Source of the DNA: Tricharina praecox
Taxonomy: Eukaryota
Length of the DNA: 64,000 bases
Assembly: GCF_024521635.1 (NCBI RefSeq)
Contig: NW_026250403.1
Coordinates: 1,116,001 to 1,180,000 of the forward strand
Direction of reading: 5' to 3'
Shown piece by piece: positions 49,603 to 61,793 of this stretch; position 1 is the first letter of the stretch, and each line of letters starts with the position of its first letter. The translations under genes were made by a program, and so were the position numbers. The notes under the pieces are model-generated. The model made no database searches. It was not told where the DNA came from and saw only the letters and a program-made list of their open reading frames with translations.

Positions 49603-50700
49603 TCAAGCGTCGTCTTCCTTCTCATCCAACTTTAAAGCCTTGACACACTTCCTCCATGCCTCCGCTCCTCTCTTTGCATGGCTCTCGGGAATACCCGGAG
49701 AAGGATCAGACATGGACCTGTTGAACAGCTCCATCGATACCCAACCTCTGTAGCCCCAATCAAAGATCCAGGCCTCCAACATTTCCAGGACGGGCATGTA
49801 ACCCCCGAGGTTCTCCTCGAAGGGGAACAATCTCGCATTTCTCGACCAGATCTTCCGCATGTTAGCCGTGGTACCTAACTAAGCCGCGAAGAAAGAACTC
49901 GCCATATTGGGCTTCATCTTCGGATCCCACCACTCATGTGCGGCATTGATCGGCTTTTCCTGCCTCTGGGCGTCCGAAAGCTGTATATAGTACACCTTAT
50001 CCAGCGGCAGGGTGTCGACGAGCTCCTTCAAGTCGACCCTCATCCTCTCGTCCGCATTCTCGCGCCGCCCGCCTTCCGCCGTCACGTCCGCCCACGTCTG
50101 CGCCAGGATCTGGTACGTATCCAGACACATACCAAAGTTCGGCCGGTCGACCTTGCGCGCGATCCGCCAGCCGTCCTGCCAGGTATCGCTGTGCGCGCCC
50201 CACGCCATCGTCTCGTACGCGAACCGGATGCCCGCCTCGGCGCCGATATCGGCGACCTCCCGCAGGTCCGCGACGATCTTGTCCTCGGAGCCAGTGGCAA
50301 CCGTGGGGTCTTGGTGGAACATGCTCGGGATCTGGATCGTGTCGGTGCGCAGGACCTTGGCCATCTTCAGCCAGTGCCGAAGCTTGGCGAGCTTCTCGGC
50401 GTGTCGCTGCGGTGACAGCAGGCCGTCGTAGTTCTTGAACGGCTGCAGAACGAAGATCTCGAGGAAGTACTTGTCGCAGAGGTCGCGGAACGTCTGTGCT
50501 GACTTGAGGAGGTTCTCTTCGAAGGTACCAGTGCTCATCGCCCGCGCGGGGAGCTTGATGTCTTCGTAGAACACCTCGATACCTTTGAAGCCCGCCGCGG
50601 CCGCGGCGGAGAGCTTGGTCTCGAGGTCGTGGTGCGCCGCACGGCCCAAGCTCATGGACGCAATCGCGAGTGGGAAGCGGTCAACTAGTTTTCCGGTCAT
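49603..50700 (-). CDS. qutC: 3-dehydroshikimate dehydratase (QutC/QA-4)
   Basis: AIASMSLGRA, GFKGIEVFYED, LQPF..YDGL, AYETMAWG, VDRPNFGMCLDTYQ, YIQLSDA, WSRNARLFP, GWVSMELF. One intron at 49852..49902. Confidence 0.92.
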
Positions 50701-50831
50701 GGTTGCTTGCGTTCTTTGTGTATTATTCGACGACTGTCTGAAGATGGCACAATGCGATGTTTATGGCATTTTTCTTGGTATGCATAGTGGGGTACAGTGT
50801 TGCTCATTAGCATGTGGGGCTGTAGTTAGCT

Positions 50832-50847
50832 GGGTAAGACTTTTCCC
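50832..50847. promoter_or_regulatory. Putative QutA/QA-1F binding site (qutC/qutE divergent promoter)
   Basis: GGGTAAGACTTTTCCC matches 13 of 16 positions of the Neurospora QA-1F consensus GGRTAARYRYTTAYCC. Confidence 0.55.
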
Positions 50848-51228
50848 GGATCTTCACTATTCTGGCAACGACGTGGAACGAACACAACCGATCCTGGACA
50901 ACGGATCGCCCGTTGCCCGTTCCCCGCTCGCGCTCCCCACGGTGTCAGACTCCGCAATACCCTGATAGCCGACCCCGCGAAGTTGACGCGGTGGGGACGG
51001 CTAAGCAAAAAGCAACGGGATTTGGAATAATCCGGGGGCGGCGCTGGCGCCGGCAACGTTTTGGCCGAGCTTCACCGAAAATGTATATCTCCATCTATCA
51101 CCGTAGCTGGAGATTCAGAAATCCGGTCAAGCAAACAGACAAACAGACAACGACAAAAGCCAGCCTGAATTCTTTCCTTACCGCAGAATTATCCTCCAGT
51201 TTACTCTTCCACTCCATACACCGCCAAT

Positions 51229-51817
51229 ATGTCCGAAGCACCCAGATCACCCAAGCTCCTCCTCCTCAACGGCCCTAACCTTAACCTCCTCGGCGTATGT
51301 TAACCTTCTTCCAGCTCTTACGTTCCACCTCCGCTAACCTTGCGCCGTCTAGACCCGCGAGCCCAACATCTACGGGCACACGACGCTCTCCGACGTCGAG
51401 AACTCATGCAACGCACTAGTGACCGCGCACGGGGCGACACTGAGCACGTTCCAATCGAACCACGAGGGCGCGCTTATCGACCGCCTGCACCAAGCGCGGC
51501 TGGACAAGGTCGACTTCGTGATCATCAACCCCGGCGGGTTTACGCACACCTCTGTGGCGCTGCGCGATGCCATCGCCGGTGTCGATATCCCGTTCATCGA
51601 GCTGCACATCTCAAATGTCCATGGCCGCGAGCCGTTCAGACATCACTCCTACTTCAGTGATAAGGCCGTCGCTGTCATCGCTGGCTTGGGCACCTATGGC
51701 TACGAGGCCGCGATCGGTTACGTCTTCCAGCTGCCGAGGTTTAAGGGCGCGAAGATCGGTGAGGCTCATAAATGGGGTGAGGCTGTGGGCATGGAGACGG
51801 AGGAACTCAGAGGCTAG
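51229..51817 (+). CDS. qutE: Catabolic type II 3-dehydroquinate dehydratase (QutE/QA-2)
   Basis: [13 protein letters not shown], intron 51295..51352, then TREPNIYG. Also [49 protein letters not shown]. Confidence 0.96.
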
Positions 51818-52145
51818 ATTGTGATGGGGAGCGAGGAAGGGAAGGAATTTCATTAGCTGTATATATCTTTGTACCACCATTTCATACTGCGTGGCAGGCT
51901 GGTCCTATATAGTAGTATTGTGGTAGGGAATCGAATCGAGCAAACAATTGCAACCACAAAAGTCGGTGTCTTGAAAGTAAAGTGAAGCCCTGCTGTGTGG
52001 AAGAACAAGACAAAACCCAAAACGCACCATAGAAGTAAACGCCAAACACCAGTCCATCCATCCATCACTGCCTAATAGTCCAACAATCATCGCACATAAC
52101 CCAGAAACCAGGCGAGCCCAAAAATAGTATACCTTACAGAACGGA

Positions 52146-55041
52146 TCATCCATTTCCTCCGTTCCCATTCCCACCCCCATTCCCACTCCCATTCCCACTC
52201 CCACTCCCATTGCCATTCCCAGCCCCCAACATCTCACCCAAGTATTGCTCTAGCACCGTGTTCAATCCCCGCCCAGCATATATATTGCTGTTGTGACCGG
52301 ACGTGTCGTCTTCGCCCACACCACCCATGCTAACGTTCTGCCCTTCCACAAGGCCCTGGCCCTGACCTTGTCCATGGGGGGTGGATTGTTGATGTTGCAT
52401 ATCCATACTGGTCTCTGGGCTAAATCCTATGTACCCAAGGTTCTGCATGAATTCGGGAATGCCATTGTGGGCCCTGTGTACGAGTGTGGTCAGCAAGTGA
52501 GTCGTGAGTAATGGGAGCAATATCAGTGCGAACTCACCATGGCAGGTCAAACATTCCAAACTCATCGTCCAGCGTGCCCGGACTCGGCTTGGAGAAGAAC
52601 ATGCTGGTCGAGTTTTGTGTCGCGATGTTGCTGGCGTTCAGGTCTTCTTCGCGGAGCGACATCGCGAGCGTTTGCCGCTGGATCGGTCGCTCTTGGAGCT
52701 CGGCGGTTCGGATTGGCGCTGAAGGAGAGTACATGTCTTGCATCATGCTACCGGTGGAAGGATTGACCGGATTGTTTTCTGGCAGATACGGTGATTGGAT
52801 TGACATTGGCCGCGAAATAATCCGCTCGTCCATGCGTGACATCGCGATGTGGGAAGTGTGGATGGCCGATCCCTCCGTGTTGAACGCTCTCAGCAACGCT
52901 TTCCCTGGTGTAAAACCTTCCACTGTGCAAAATTTCAAGAGATCCTCGTTGAAGATCTTTGCAACTCGAGCGGTGGGATTCTCGCCGGGGATCCTGCTGT
53001 CGTCCCTGGCCATGGGGTCGTTGGATATGAATGCCGCACAATGGATGAATGTGCACGGAGCAGATGCAAAGGACCGGTGAGACTTGTAGGCCTCGAAGAT
53101 ACTTGCAGCGGAAGAAATCGCAGCTTGCTTGACCGCCCGGATAGGCTCGTCATCGAACATCCCACGGAGGTCGATTAGTGGAGGTTGGTGAAGTCGCAAA
53201 AGCGCCTGTAAGTACAGGAGGTGCAGATTCGAGACATGCGGTATCGATGTCTTCGAGGGTTGCATGTCGGAGTAACTTGCTCTGAGCGAACATGATGACG
53301 GCAATTCTCGGGCCCAAACACGGAGTCGCTGTAGCAAGTCTGTTTGTCGGCCGTCCGCGTCCAAATACTGTTGTGCAGTCTGACTCGACAGACTGGCTAT
53401 TAGCCGTACAATCTGGACCAGTTTGACGAGCTGGTTGAAGACCGATGTGATGTGGGCCGGCTCATGCTCGACGTGGCCCGCGGTCCGGACCTCAAACAGT
53501 GAAGAACCATTCCACAAATCCCACTCCTCCCATCCGTCTTCGGACACCGGTAAAACTCGCCAGTCATCGTCGGTGATCTGCGGCTCCCTGCCCAACCAAA
53601 AAGCTATCAACGACTCCAACACCAAAAACCCGAGCCAAGTCCGCCGGCCGAAAGGTTGGTCTGTTAGATTCAAGCCAATATCTTGCGAGACCCGTCCTGC
53701 ATGTCCGACGAGCAGCCATGCCGTGCTAAGATGAAGCTGGGAGATGTTTAGGAGAGCAAGTATCAGAAGACACTGGACATGCTCCATGCCGTATTCCCGA
53801 GATTCAAATAGCAGCTTCTGCGAGGAAGCATACAACCTTGCAGAGGTTGTAGCGATCATCTCGTCAGGCGAAGTTGCTTCCCCACCATGCCTGGCAAGGC
53901 CCTCCATCTGGGAGGATGCCAGTGACAGCACCGCATAAAGCAAGGCCCGTTTCCCGGAATCAACTTGCGAGGGGGCGCAGGGATCCAGACTCTTCGGAGG
54001 TGGAGGTGCGTTGATATGATGAAGAAGCCGGACAATGTCGTATTTATCCAGGATCGGATACCAGCAATGGCAGTAGGAGAAATACACGTCCAACAGTATG
54101 CGGGAATTCGGCGGGATATGAGTAGGTTCGGGCAGCTGGTTCTGGAGCATCAAATCCTCCGTATACATGTCGCTGCTGACCGCGGGACTAGCCATGACCG
54201 AGGGACAGTGATGGGAGGGAGACTGATCGTATCCATGGGGCCGGAAGTTGGTATTGTTGTGGAAGTGATTGGCGGCGGCGGCGGCTGTCGTTGCGGGAGA
54301 CGGTGAGGGGGGGACCGGTGAGAGATGCTGATCCGGCGGAGGCTCGTATCCGTCGTTGGGAGTCGAGCCGGCGTAGGAGTGAGCGAGCTGCTCGTTCTCG
54401 TTCTCGTTCGACCGAAACATGGTGCCTTCCCCGCCAGTTCCCTCCACATCCATACTTGGCCCCACGAATTGTCGTTCCATTGTCTCGTTTCTGGGGGCCG
54501 GCGGCGCCTGGGACCGTCCTCCGTCGTAAGCTGTCGGTCCATCGGCTGTGGGGGTGCAGTCCACACGGAAGCGCGCAGTCCTCAGATCCAAGTCCGCCCG
54601 TAGAGGCTCTACTTCGGATGGCAAGTCTGGAGCCTCCGAGTGGCCGAAGCCGGTGGCCTGAAACGAGTCCAATGCAGCTAGGACAATGCCCTCCTTCCAC
54701 GCGACGGTTAATCGTTTTCCATTATCATCATCGCTAAATAAATGCGCGCTGTGCTGCTGTGCCAACGCGACGAGAGCGTGATCGGCGCCCTTCACCGTCA
54801 CCACCAGCAGGCCCAGCACCCGTTGCAGCAGCTTCACCGTCCTCTCCAGCGCCGAAACACTACCCGGCGCCAGGCCCCGCTTCTTGGGCGAGGCGCCATA
54901 CGTGCACCGCAGCGACAGCAGTGTGCACGGCGAGCAGATGGGCTGGGTGCCGTCGCATTTGATCTTCTTCGATCGGCACTGTTCGCAGGCGCGGGAAACC
55001 CGAAGTCGTTTCTGAGCCGGACCTGTGTCGGAGGTGCTCAT
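52146..55041 (-). CDS. qutA: Zn2Cys6 quinate-pathway activator (QutA/QA-1F-like)
   Basis: RVSRACEQCRSKKIKCDGTQPICSPC..C..PKKRGL; MHR region (YFSYCHCWYPILDK, EDGWEEWDLW). Intron 52474..52537 gives the C-terminal W..PEFMQNLG motif. Divergent from qutR within the cluster. Confidence 0.88.
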
Positions 55042-55315
55042 CGATATCTCTGTGCCCCGAGCTCAGCTGTCGTCGATAGTCATAAATCGGAAGTCCCGGA
55101 TAACGAGAATTGGAGGCGACCGGCAACAACCGCACATGGGACTGGAGGCCGTGGCCCTTGAGGGATACCAAGTAGGCACTGGGCCGAGGAACCACCAATC
55201 ACATCGTTGCCTTGCCAGCCAATCCTGACTACTGCTGGGTGTCAGTAGCGAGCCCGCTCTCATTTCCCCGCAAACCGAGTCCCACCTACAGGAGCACACA
55301 GGGCGGGCCGGGGTC

Positions 55316-55331
55316 GGTCGAGCATTTATCC
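55316..55331. promoter_or_regulatory. Putative QutA/QA-1F binding site (qutA/qutR divergent promoter)
   Basis: The reverse complement GGATAAATGCTCGACC matches 13 of 16 positions of GGRTAARYRYTTAYCC. Confidence 0.5.
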
Positions 55332-55449
55332 GTAGTGGTGTGGCCGCGGTCACAACGAACTATCTTCGCCTCCACCGTAGACCAACACGATATGGCGGCG
55401 CGACACCAGCAACACCACCGACCACGTCGACCTCACAGACAGTCCTCCG

Positions 55450-58088
55450 ATGAAGCGAAAGGCTGCCGATGTTCACGACTTCGAGATCGGACCGAGTCCG
55501 GCGCGACCTTCTCCGCCGCACTGGCAGGCAGCCGATTTCCCGCATGGCCCGTGTCCGCGCACCGACGCCTTCTCGCCAAACGCCTCCATAGCCCTCGTGG
55601 GGCTGCGTGGCGTCGGGAAGTCGACGATCGGTGTCATTCTGTCGTCGATGCTACGCCGGCGCCTCATCGATGGCGACGTCTACTTTGTCGGCTCGACGGG
55701 AATGTCAATCGCGCAGTACGTCAACATCCACGGATGGCCGGGCTTTCGCGCGAAAGAGGCCGAGCTCATGGATGAGATCTTGCGAGAAAACGGAACCGAC
55801 ACCGTGATCGTCTGTCCCAGCGGCTGCGTGGAAACGGCGAGTACGAGATCGCGGCTACAGGAGTGGATGAATCACCGGCCTGTCGTGCATATCATTCGCA
55901 ACGAAGACGAGATTCGGGATTACCTCCAGCCGCAGTCGCCAGCGTCCTCCCCTTCGCAGCGACCCAACCCCCCAGGGAACACTCTACGCCGCTTAGTGGC
56001 GCGACGGGAGCCTATGTATTCGAGCTGTTCAAACCTTGTGTTCTACAACATGTGGGACAAGCAACAACACCCGACAGTTTCCTCGGGCCGGTATTCGCCC
56101 TCGGCACCCACACTGAAGAATGTCGAACAAGATTTCCTGCGCTTGCTCAATTTCGTGTTTCGGCGAGAAATGGCCCCGGTCTGGGATTGGCACGGACCCC
56201 ACCCGTCATCAGCACCGGTAGCAACCGCTGTCGAGGAGAGGTCGTATACGTATGCTCTCAGGATGCCTCCAAATCCTTCCTTCGGGACCATCGTCCGTGC
56301 CCCGGTGATGCTCGAGGAATTGGGCGAGACTGTCGATGCGTTCGATCTGAGGATTGATTTCTTATTGCATCCCACGATAAGCCCCGCAGTGGACCGCCGA
56401 AGCTTCTCGACACTATGCTTCATAGCGGAACAGTTCGCTTGCATCAGGAGGCGTACTTCGGTACCCGTTGTCTACCATGTCAAAACCGAGCACCAGGGAG
56501 GATGTTTCCCAGCACACCCCGGAAACATCAACCAGGAGAAAGCATACTTCCATCTTCTGTATCACGGCATTCGGCTCGGTGCCGAATACGTCATCGTGGA
56601 GCTAAACTACAATGCCCAGATGATCTCCGATTTGGTGGCTCGGAAGGGTGCAACAAAGATTATTGGAGCCCACTTCGAAAGACAAGGCACGAATTTCGAC
56701 TGGGACAGTCCGGAGCGGCTGCAGCTGTATGAACGAGGAGCACGGTTGGGATGTGATATCGTCAAGCTGGGCCAGAAAGCAAACAGCATGCAGGACAACT
56801 TTGCCGCAATCGCGTTTACCCACGCCGTGGAGAAGCGGCGAAGCGCTGGTGACAGAATCCTCCCGGGGTTGATGGCTTTCAACACGGGAAGTTTGGGCAA
56901 ACTCTCGCGTTCTCTCAACAAGACGTTGTCGCCGGTGACACATACACTACTACTTCAACGCCAGCAGCTTGCGGGAGTCACGGGCGATGAGGACAAGATC
57001 GACGGCAAGCCAGAAGATGAGGAGGATATGACCCCACAAGAAGCCATATCGGCCATTCACGCCTGCGGCATCCTGCCTCGCCTCAATTTCTGCATTCTGG
57101 GCTCAGCTATCCGCCACTCCCTATCGCCGGCTATGCACAACGCCGCCTACAAAGTCTACGGGATGCCGCATAGCTACCGTATTTGCGAGACACCCACCAT
57201 CAATCAACTACTAACGGTGGTGCAAGACCCAGCATTCGGTGGAGCGAGTGTAACACTTCCTTTCAAGCTCGAAATCATCCCGTTGATCCACACGCTGTCG
57301 GATCATGCTCGTGCCATCGGCGCAGTGAACACCATCATCCCAATACGGCCCACGGACAACAAAACTCCGGTGGCGTTGCACGGCGATAACACGGACTGGA
57401 TCGGAATCCGCACGTGTGTGCTGCGATACCTGACGCCAGTGAATGCCATCACGAGCAGCACAACATCGCTCGTTATCGGCGCTGGAGGAATGGCAAGGGC
57501 TGCCATCTATGCGCTGCAGAAGATCGGGGTGGAGAACATCTTCCTCTGCAACCGGACAGCATCGCGCGCGATGGAGATTGCCGAGTACTTCAACAGCAAA
57601 CGAGTCGGCGACCGAACACCGGAGAGGGCCAGTCCGAGTTCGCCCAGCATCGTCCGATACCTGTCATACTCGGAAGTTTCGTGGCCGACCGGATACCGGC
57701 TGCCGACAATTGTGGTTTGCTGCATCCCCGCACACTCGATCCAGGGTGCGCCGCCGGCAAACTTTACGCTGCCGAACAAGTGGCTCGAGAGTCCCACGGG
57801 TGGCGTATGCGTCGAGGTACATACTGCTTTTCCCCATCTGCCCAATCCCAAGGGGTCTTTTAGCTAACGGTCGGGTTCGGTTCCTTTTAGCTTGCATACA
57901 AACCCCGGGTTACACCACTGTTGCACCAGATCCGCACGCTGGCGCAAAAGGGCTGGATCGGAGTCGATGGCCTAGAAGTCTTGCCAGAGCAGGGTTTTGC
58001 ACAGTTCGAGTTGTTTTTGGGTAGGAAGGCGCCGAGGAGAGTGATGCGAGATGCGGTCGAGCAGGCTTATGTACAAGAGCGGAAGTAG
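55450..58088 (+). CDS. qutR: Quinate repressor (QutR/QA-1S; shikimate kinase-, type I DHQase- and SDH-like domains)
   Basis: [69 protein letters not shown], then intron 57817..57890, then [22 protein letters not shown]. Confidence 0.9.
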
Positions 58089-58766
58089 GGTTTTGCCGTA
58101 ATTTGGGGGCAGGTGGTGTTTGTTTTGCGATTCCTCTTCTTGCTCTCCGCGTGGCGTTGGTTAGTCCATATATCATACACAGTACATTGTGGTTCTTTGG
58201 GTGTATCTGTGCGGGGCTTGAGGTCAGCGATAACGAATGAGCTCGGTGTGGAAAGGAGCGGGGTGGCGGGGCACCGGTAGGCGTGGAGTCGCGGCAAAAA
58301 GCGTCTCGCTTGATTAGCCTCTGAGACCGGGCCATTCCCGGCCAAGGGACCGATGGACCGATGGACCCTTTACTGACGTATGTACCCATCCACGCTATTT
58401 CATCCAGATTGTCAACTGCAGGCAACTACTCACGTGGACCGATGAGCGAGAAACGTGTCCCAACGCCCGTAGCCCTGTTTGCTTCTTCGGAGGACGGTGA
58501 ATGCTGCGGGAGCCCATTTTGACAGGCACCGGGATGACGCCATGACGTGCATGTCCATGTCCATGTGGTGCCCACTTCTATCATACATAGCAGCTTGCAA
58601 TTATCCGGAACCCTCTCCCTCCCGGCTCTTTACTGCGCTTCCCCGCAACGACAGGCCTGAAGCCACACCCTATATGTTCCTGTCCCAGTAGCCCACTCGG
58701 CCCTTCTCCAGTCCTCGAATTTCCATAGAATTACCATATCGGAGGCAGCAACACACACCAGTTACA

Positions 58767-60367
58767 ATGAACGTCGCCCAGTTCATCCCCGAAGTCCAAG
58801 GCGTCGAGGACGTCTATCCCGCCGAGTCGCATGCCCACCAGAAGGAGCGCTGGGACCACCTGCTCGCGAAGTTCGAGGAGAAGTATGGCAAGCGCGCGTC
58901 TTTCATCTCGCGGGCACCGGGGCGGGTCAATATCATTGGCGAGGTAAGTCAAGCACCGGTGCGCACCGCATGGGCGAGCGAGCGTTGCGATGGCTGACGG
59001 GCAATCCGGTGTAGCACATCGACTACATGCTCTTCTCGGTGCTCCCCATGGCAGTCGAGGCCGATCTCCTCCTCGCCGTCCGCGTTACGCCCGAAAACTC
59101 CACCATCAAGATCGGCAACGTCCTTGCCTCCAAGTTCCCCGACCGCGAGTTTGTGATCCCCGCGGCGGGAGAGGGAAACTTGGAGATCGACTCGACGCAG
59201 CTGGAATGGTCCAACTACTTCAAGGCCGGGTACCGCGGAGCGGTCGAGTTTCTGCGGCGCAACAGCGTCTCTGCCGCCGAGAAGCCGCCCGGAATGGAGA
59301 TTCTAGTTGACGGCAACGTCCCCTCTGGCGGCGGACTCTCGTCGTCCGCGGCATTCGTGTGCGCCAGCGCTCTGGCGGGCATGGCAAGCATGGGAGTCGC
59401 CACCGTCGACAAGAAGGAGCTGGTGAGCTTGGCAATCGTGTCGGAGCGGTACGTGGGCGTGAACTCGGGCGGGATGGACCAGTCGGCGTCGGTATTGGGG
59501 TCCGCGGGAAGTGCGCTGTTCATCTCGTTCGACCCTGAGTTGTCGGCGGAAGCGGTGGCGTTCCCAAAGACGAAACCGGAGCCGGTGTTTTTGATCGCGA
59601 ATACATACAAGACGGTCGAGAAGCATGTTACCGGACCTATACACTACAACCTCCGTGTCGTCGAGACGACGCTGGCGGCGGAAATGTTGGCTAAGAAACT
59701 CGAGCTAGCGTTGCCGCAGGATACTGGCCCGCTGGGAACCACGCTCAAGGGCCTCATGGATGTCTACTTCACCAAAAACCCATCCGACCAGTCTCTTGAG
59801 CAGAAATTCGAAGAGATCGCGCAGATCACCGAGGGTGTACTGTTCAAGGAAGAGGGCTACACCCGCGAGGAAATAGCGGAAGTACTGGGAATCTCCGTCG
59901 ACTCTCTCGTGGAGCGGTACATGACCAAATTTCCCATCCGCGCCGAAAAGTTCCAGCTACGTTCAAGAGCCCTGCACGTGTTTGGAGAAGCTGCCAGGGT
60001 GGTCCAGATGTACTGGCTTCTGGAGAAGTCCTCGAAGAAGGACGATCCGAAGGAGGAATCACTTGTGGTACTGGGCGAGCTCATGAATGCAAGCCAGAAG
60101 TCGTGTAAGGAGCTGTACGACTGCTCGTGCGAGGAATTGGATGAGCTATGCAGACTGGCGAGAGAGGCGGGCTCGTATGGAAGCCGCTTGACGGGTGCGG
60201 GTTGGGGCGGCTGCAGTGTCCACTTGGTGCCGAAGGACAAGGCCGAGGCGATCAAAAAGGTGTGGATGGAGGAGTACTATGCAAAGATGGACCTGAGCGA
60301 GGAGCAATTGTTGGAGGCCATCGTAGAGACAGAACCGAGCTCGGGCGCTGTTCTGCTTAGGCTGTAG
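58767..60367 (+). CDS. GAL1: Galactokinase (GHMP kinase)
   Basis: RAPGRVNIIGE, intron ~58944..59014, then HIDY. Also VPSGGGLSSSAA, GVNSGGMDQSAS, YNLRVVE, RALHVFGEA, GSRLTGAGWGGC. Confidence 0.95.
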
Positions 60368-60530
60368 ATGGCGAAATGGGAACTTGGGGTGTTTACGTTT
60401 CCAGGCAGAGAATAATGAATACTACCACGTGTCTGTGACAAAGCATCTAAGAAACAACTACCCATGATATCCCATTCCTGCATAAATATATGTACAATCT
60501 GACCATACAGAATCCCAAGTACCATCCCGT

Positions 60531-61448
60531 CTATTTGTTGATAAACCGGTTTTTGTCCGCCGCAGTATACAGCGCCGCCCACGCCGCCTCATGCGGGATC
60601 TCTTTCACCCTGTCCTTACCAGCCCAGTTCTCATACTGCTGATCCAGCTGCCAGCCAATAATATTGATCCCCTCGACAACCGGCCACCCACTCGCCTTTG
60701 CCGCCTTGAGATACCTCGTACTCCTCGGGTTGAAGCACATCTCCAAGAAAACCCCCTTCTCCCCCGTACTAAAGAAATACTTCAACATCTCCGCCGCCGC
60801 CACCTCCGTCTCCGTCTTCGGCTCGAAATCCGGCACCGTGCCGACAACATAGTACGGCCTCTCCTCGGGCTTCAGCGCCCTCGCCTGCTCCACGCTCTCT
60901 AGGTGTACGATATCCGGGCCGCCGGTCGCCGCATACTTCGCCGCGTCCTTACGCAGCGCCTCAACCTCGCCCGCCAGGCGGTTGATGACATAGATAGTCG
61001 AGCAGTTGAGATGGGCAAACAGGGCGTAGACAGCGGCTCTAGCCGCGCCGCCGGCACCAACCACAAGCGCGGGCCTACCCACGCCCGCGGTCGACGCAGA
61101 CTTCAGACACTGCAGGATCCCGATCCAGTCGGTGTTGGAGCCGACGAGCTCGCCGGTGGGTGAGAGGTACACGTTGTTGCAGGCGTTGAGGGTCGATGCG
61201 TAGGCGTCCAGCCGGTCGAGATAAGGCATTATCGTCTGCTTGAAGGGCATGGTCACCACGCCGCCCGCGAAGTCGGGCTGCCGGAAGGTCGAGATCACCG
61301 CAGATACGGAGGGCGCTTCGTACAGTTGGAATTCCCAGGGAAGACCCAGGGCGTCCGCGACGGTTTGGTGGATTGTTGGGGAGATCGAGTGAGATACACC
61401 TTGTCCGGCCAGGTAGTAGAACTTCTTTTCGGGGGTGGAAATGCTCAT
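60531..61448 (-). CDS. Quinate/shikimate 5-dehydrogenase, QutB/QA-3-like
   Basis: HSISP, VTMPFK, ACNN, GSNTDWIGI, GAGGAARAAVYAL, INRLAGEV, VGTVPDFEP, LEMCFNP. Likely start is the ATG at 61448. Orthologue versus paralogue of qutB is unresolved. Confidence 0.85.
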   Translation of the reverse strand: MSISTPEKKFYYLAGQGVSHSISPTIHQTVADALGLPWEFQLYEAPSVSAVISTFRQPDFAGGVVTMPFKQTIMPYLDRLDAYASTLNACNNVYLSPTGELVGSNTDWIGILQCLKSASTAGVGRPALVVGAGGAARAAVYALFAHLNCSTIYVINRLAGEVEALRKDAAKYAATGGPDIVHLESVEQARALKPEERPYYVVGTVPDFEPKTETEVAAAEMLKYFFSTGEKGVFLEMCFNPRSTRYLKAAKASGWPVVEGINIIGWQLDQQYENWAGKDRVKEIPHEAAWAALYTAADKNRFINK

Positions 61449-61586
61449 GGTGAGGGCGGTGGTGAGGATGGTGAGGATGGGGGAGTGTGGGCTTGGCTTC
61501 GAGATGGCTTCCGTCGAGCGCAGACAGGAGATATTTCTGTATTTTTGTATCTCCCTCTTACATGACATGATGCCGTTCACCCCTCC

Positions 61587-61602
61587 GGAGAAAGACTTAT
61601 CC
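61587..61602. promoter_or_regulatory. Putative QutA/QA-1F binding site (promoter between the two dehydrogenase genes)
   Basis: The reverse complement GGATAAGTCTTTCTCC matches 14 of 16 positions of GGRTAARYRYTTAYCC. Confidence 0.6.
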
Positions 61603-61793
61603 GCCCAGGTCCCCATGTCCCGCACATCCCCACATGGGCTGCGTACGCTCGCCCAGCAGCGAAATGTTGTGACTCGCTCACAGAGCTAGAGAGGTATAAT
61701 TATCGGCAGCTAGAGGTCGGTCCTTTGGTAGCCGTTTACAGGACAGGACCTACTTTCCAAACCCCATCTCGAGCTCCACCAAGCACACAAGCA

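Noticed and set aside
49879-49881. Apparent premature stop (pseudogene or readthrough) in qutC
   Set aside because: The stop lies inside a 51-nt GC-AG intron with a good branch site.
52146-52225. Hexamer repeat encoding a GN/GS tail of QutA
   Set aside because: Ordinary coding low-complexity repeat.
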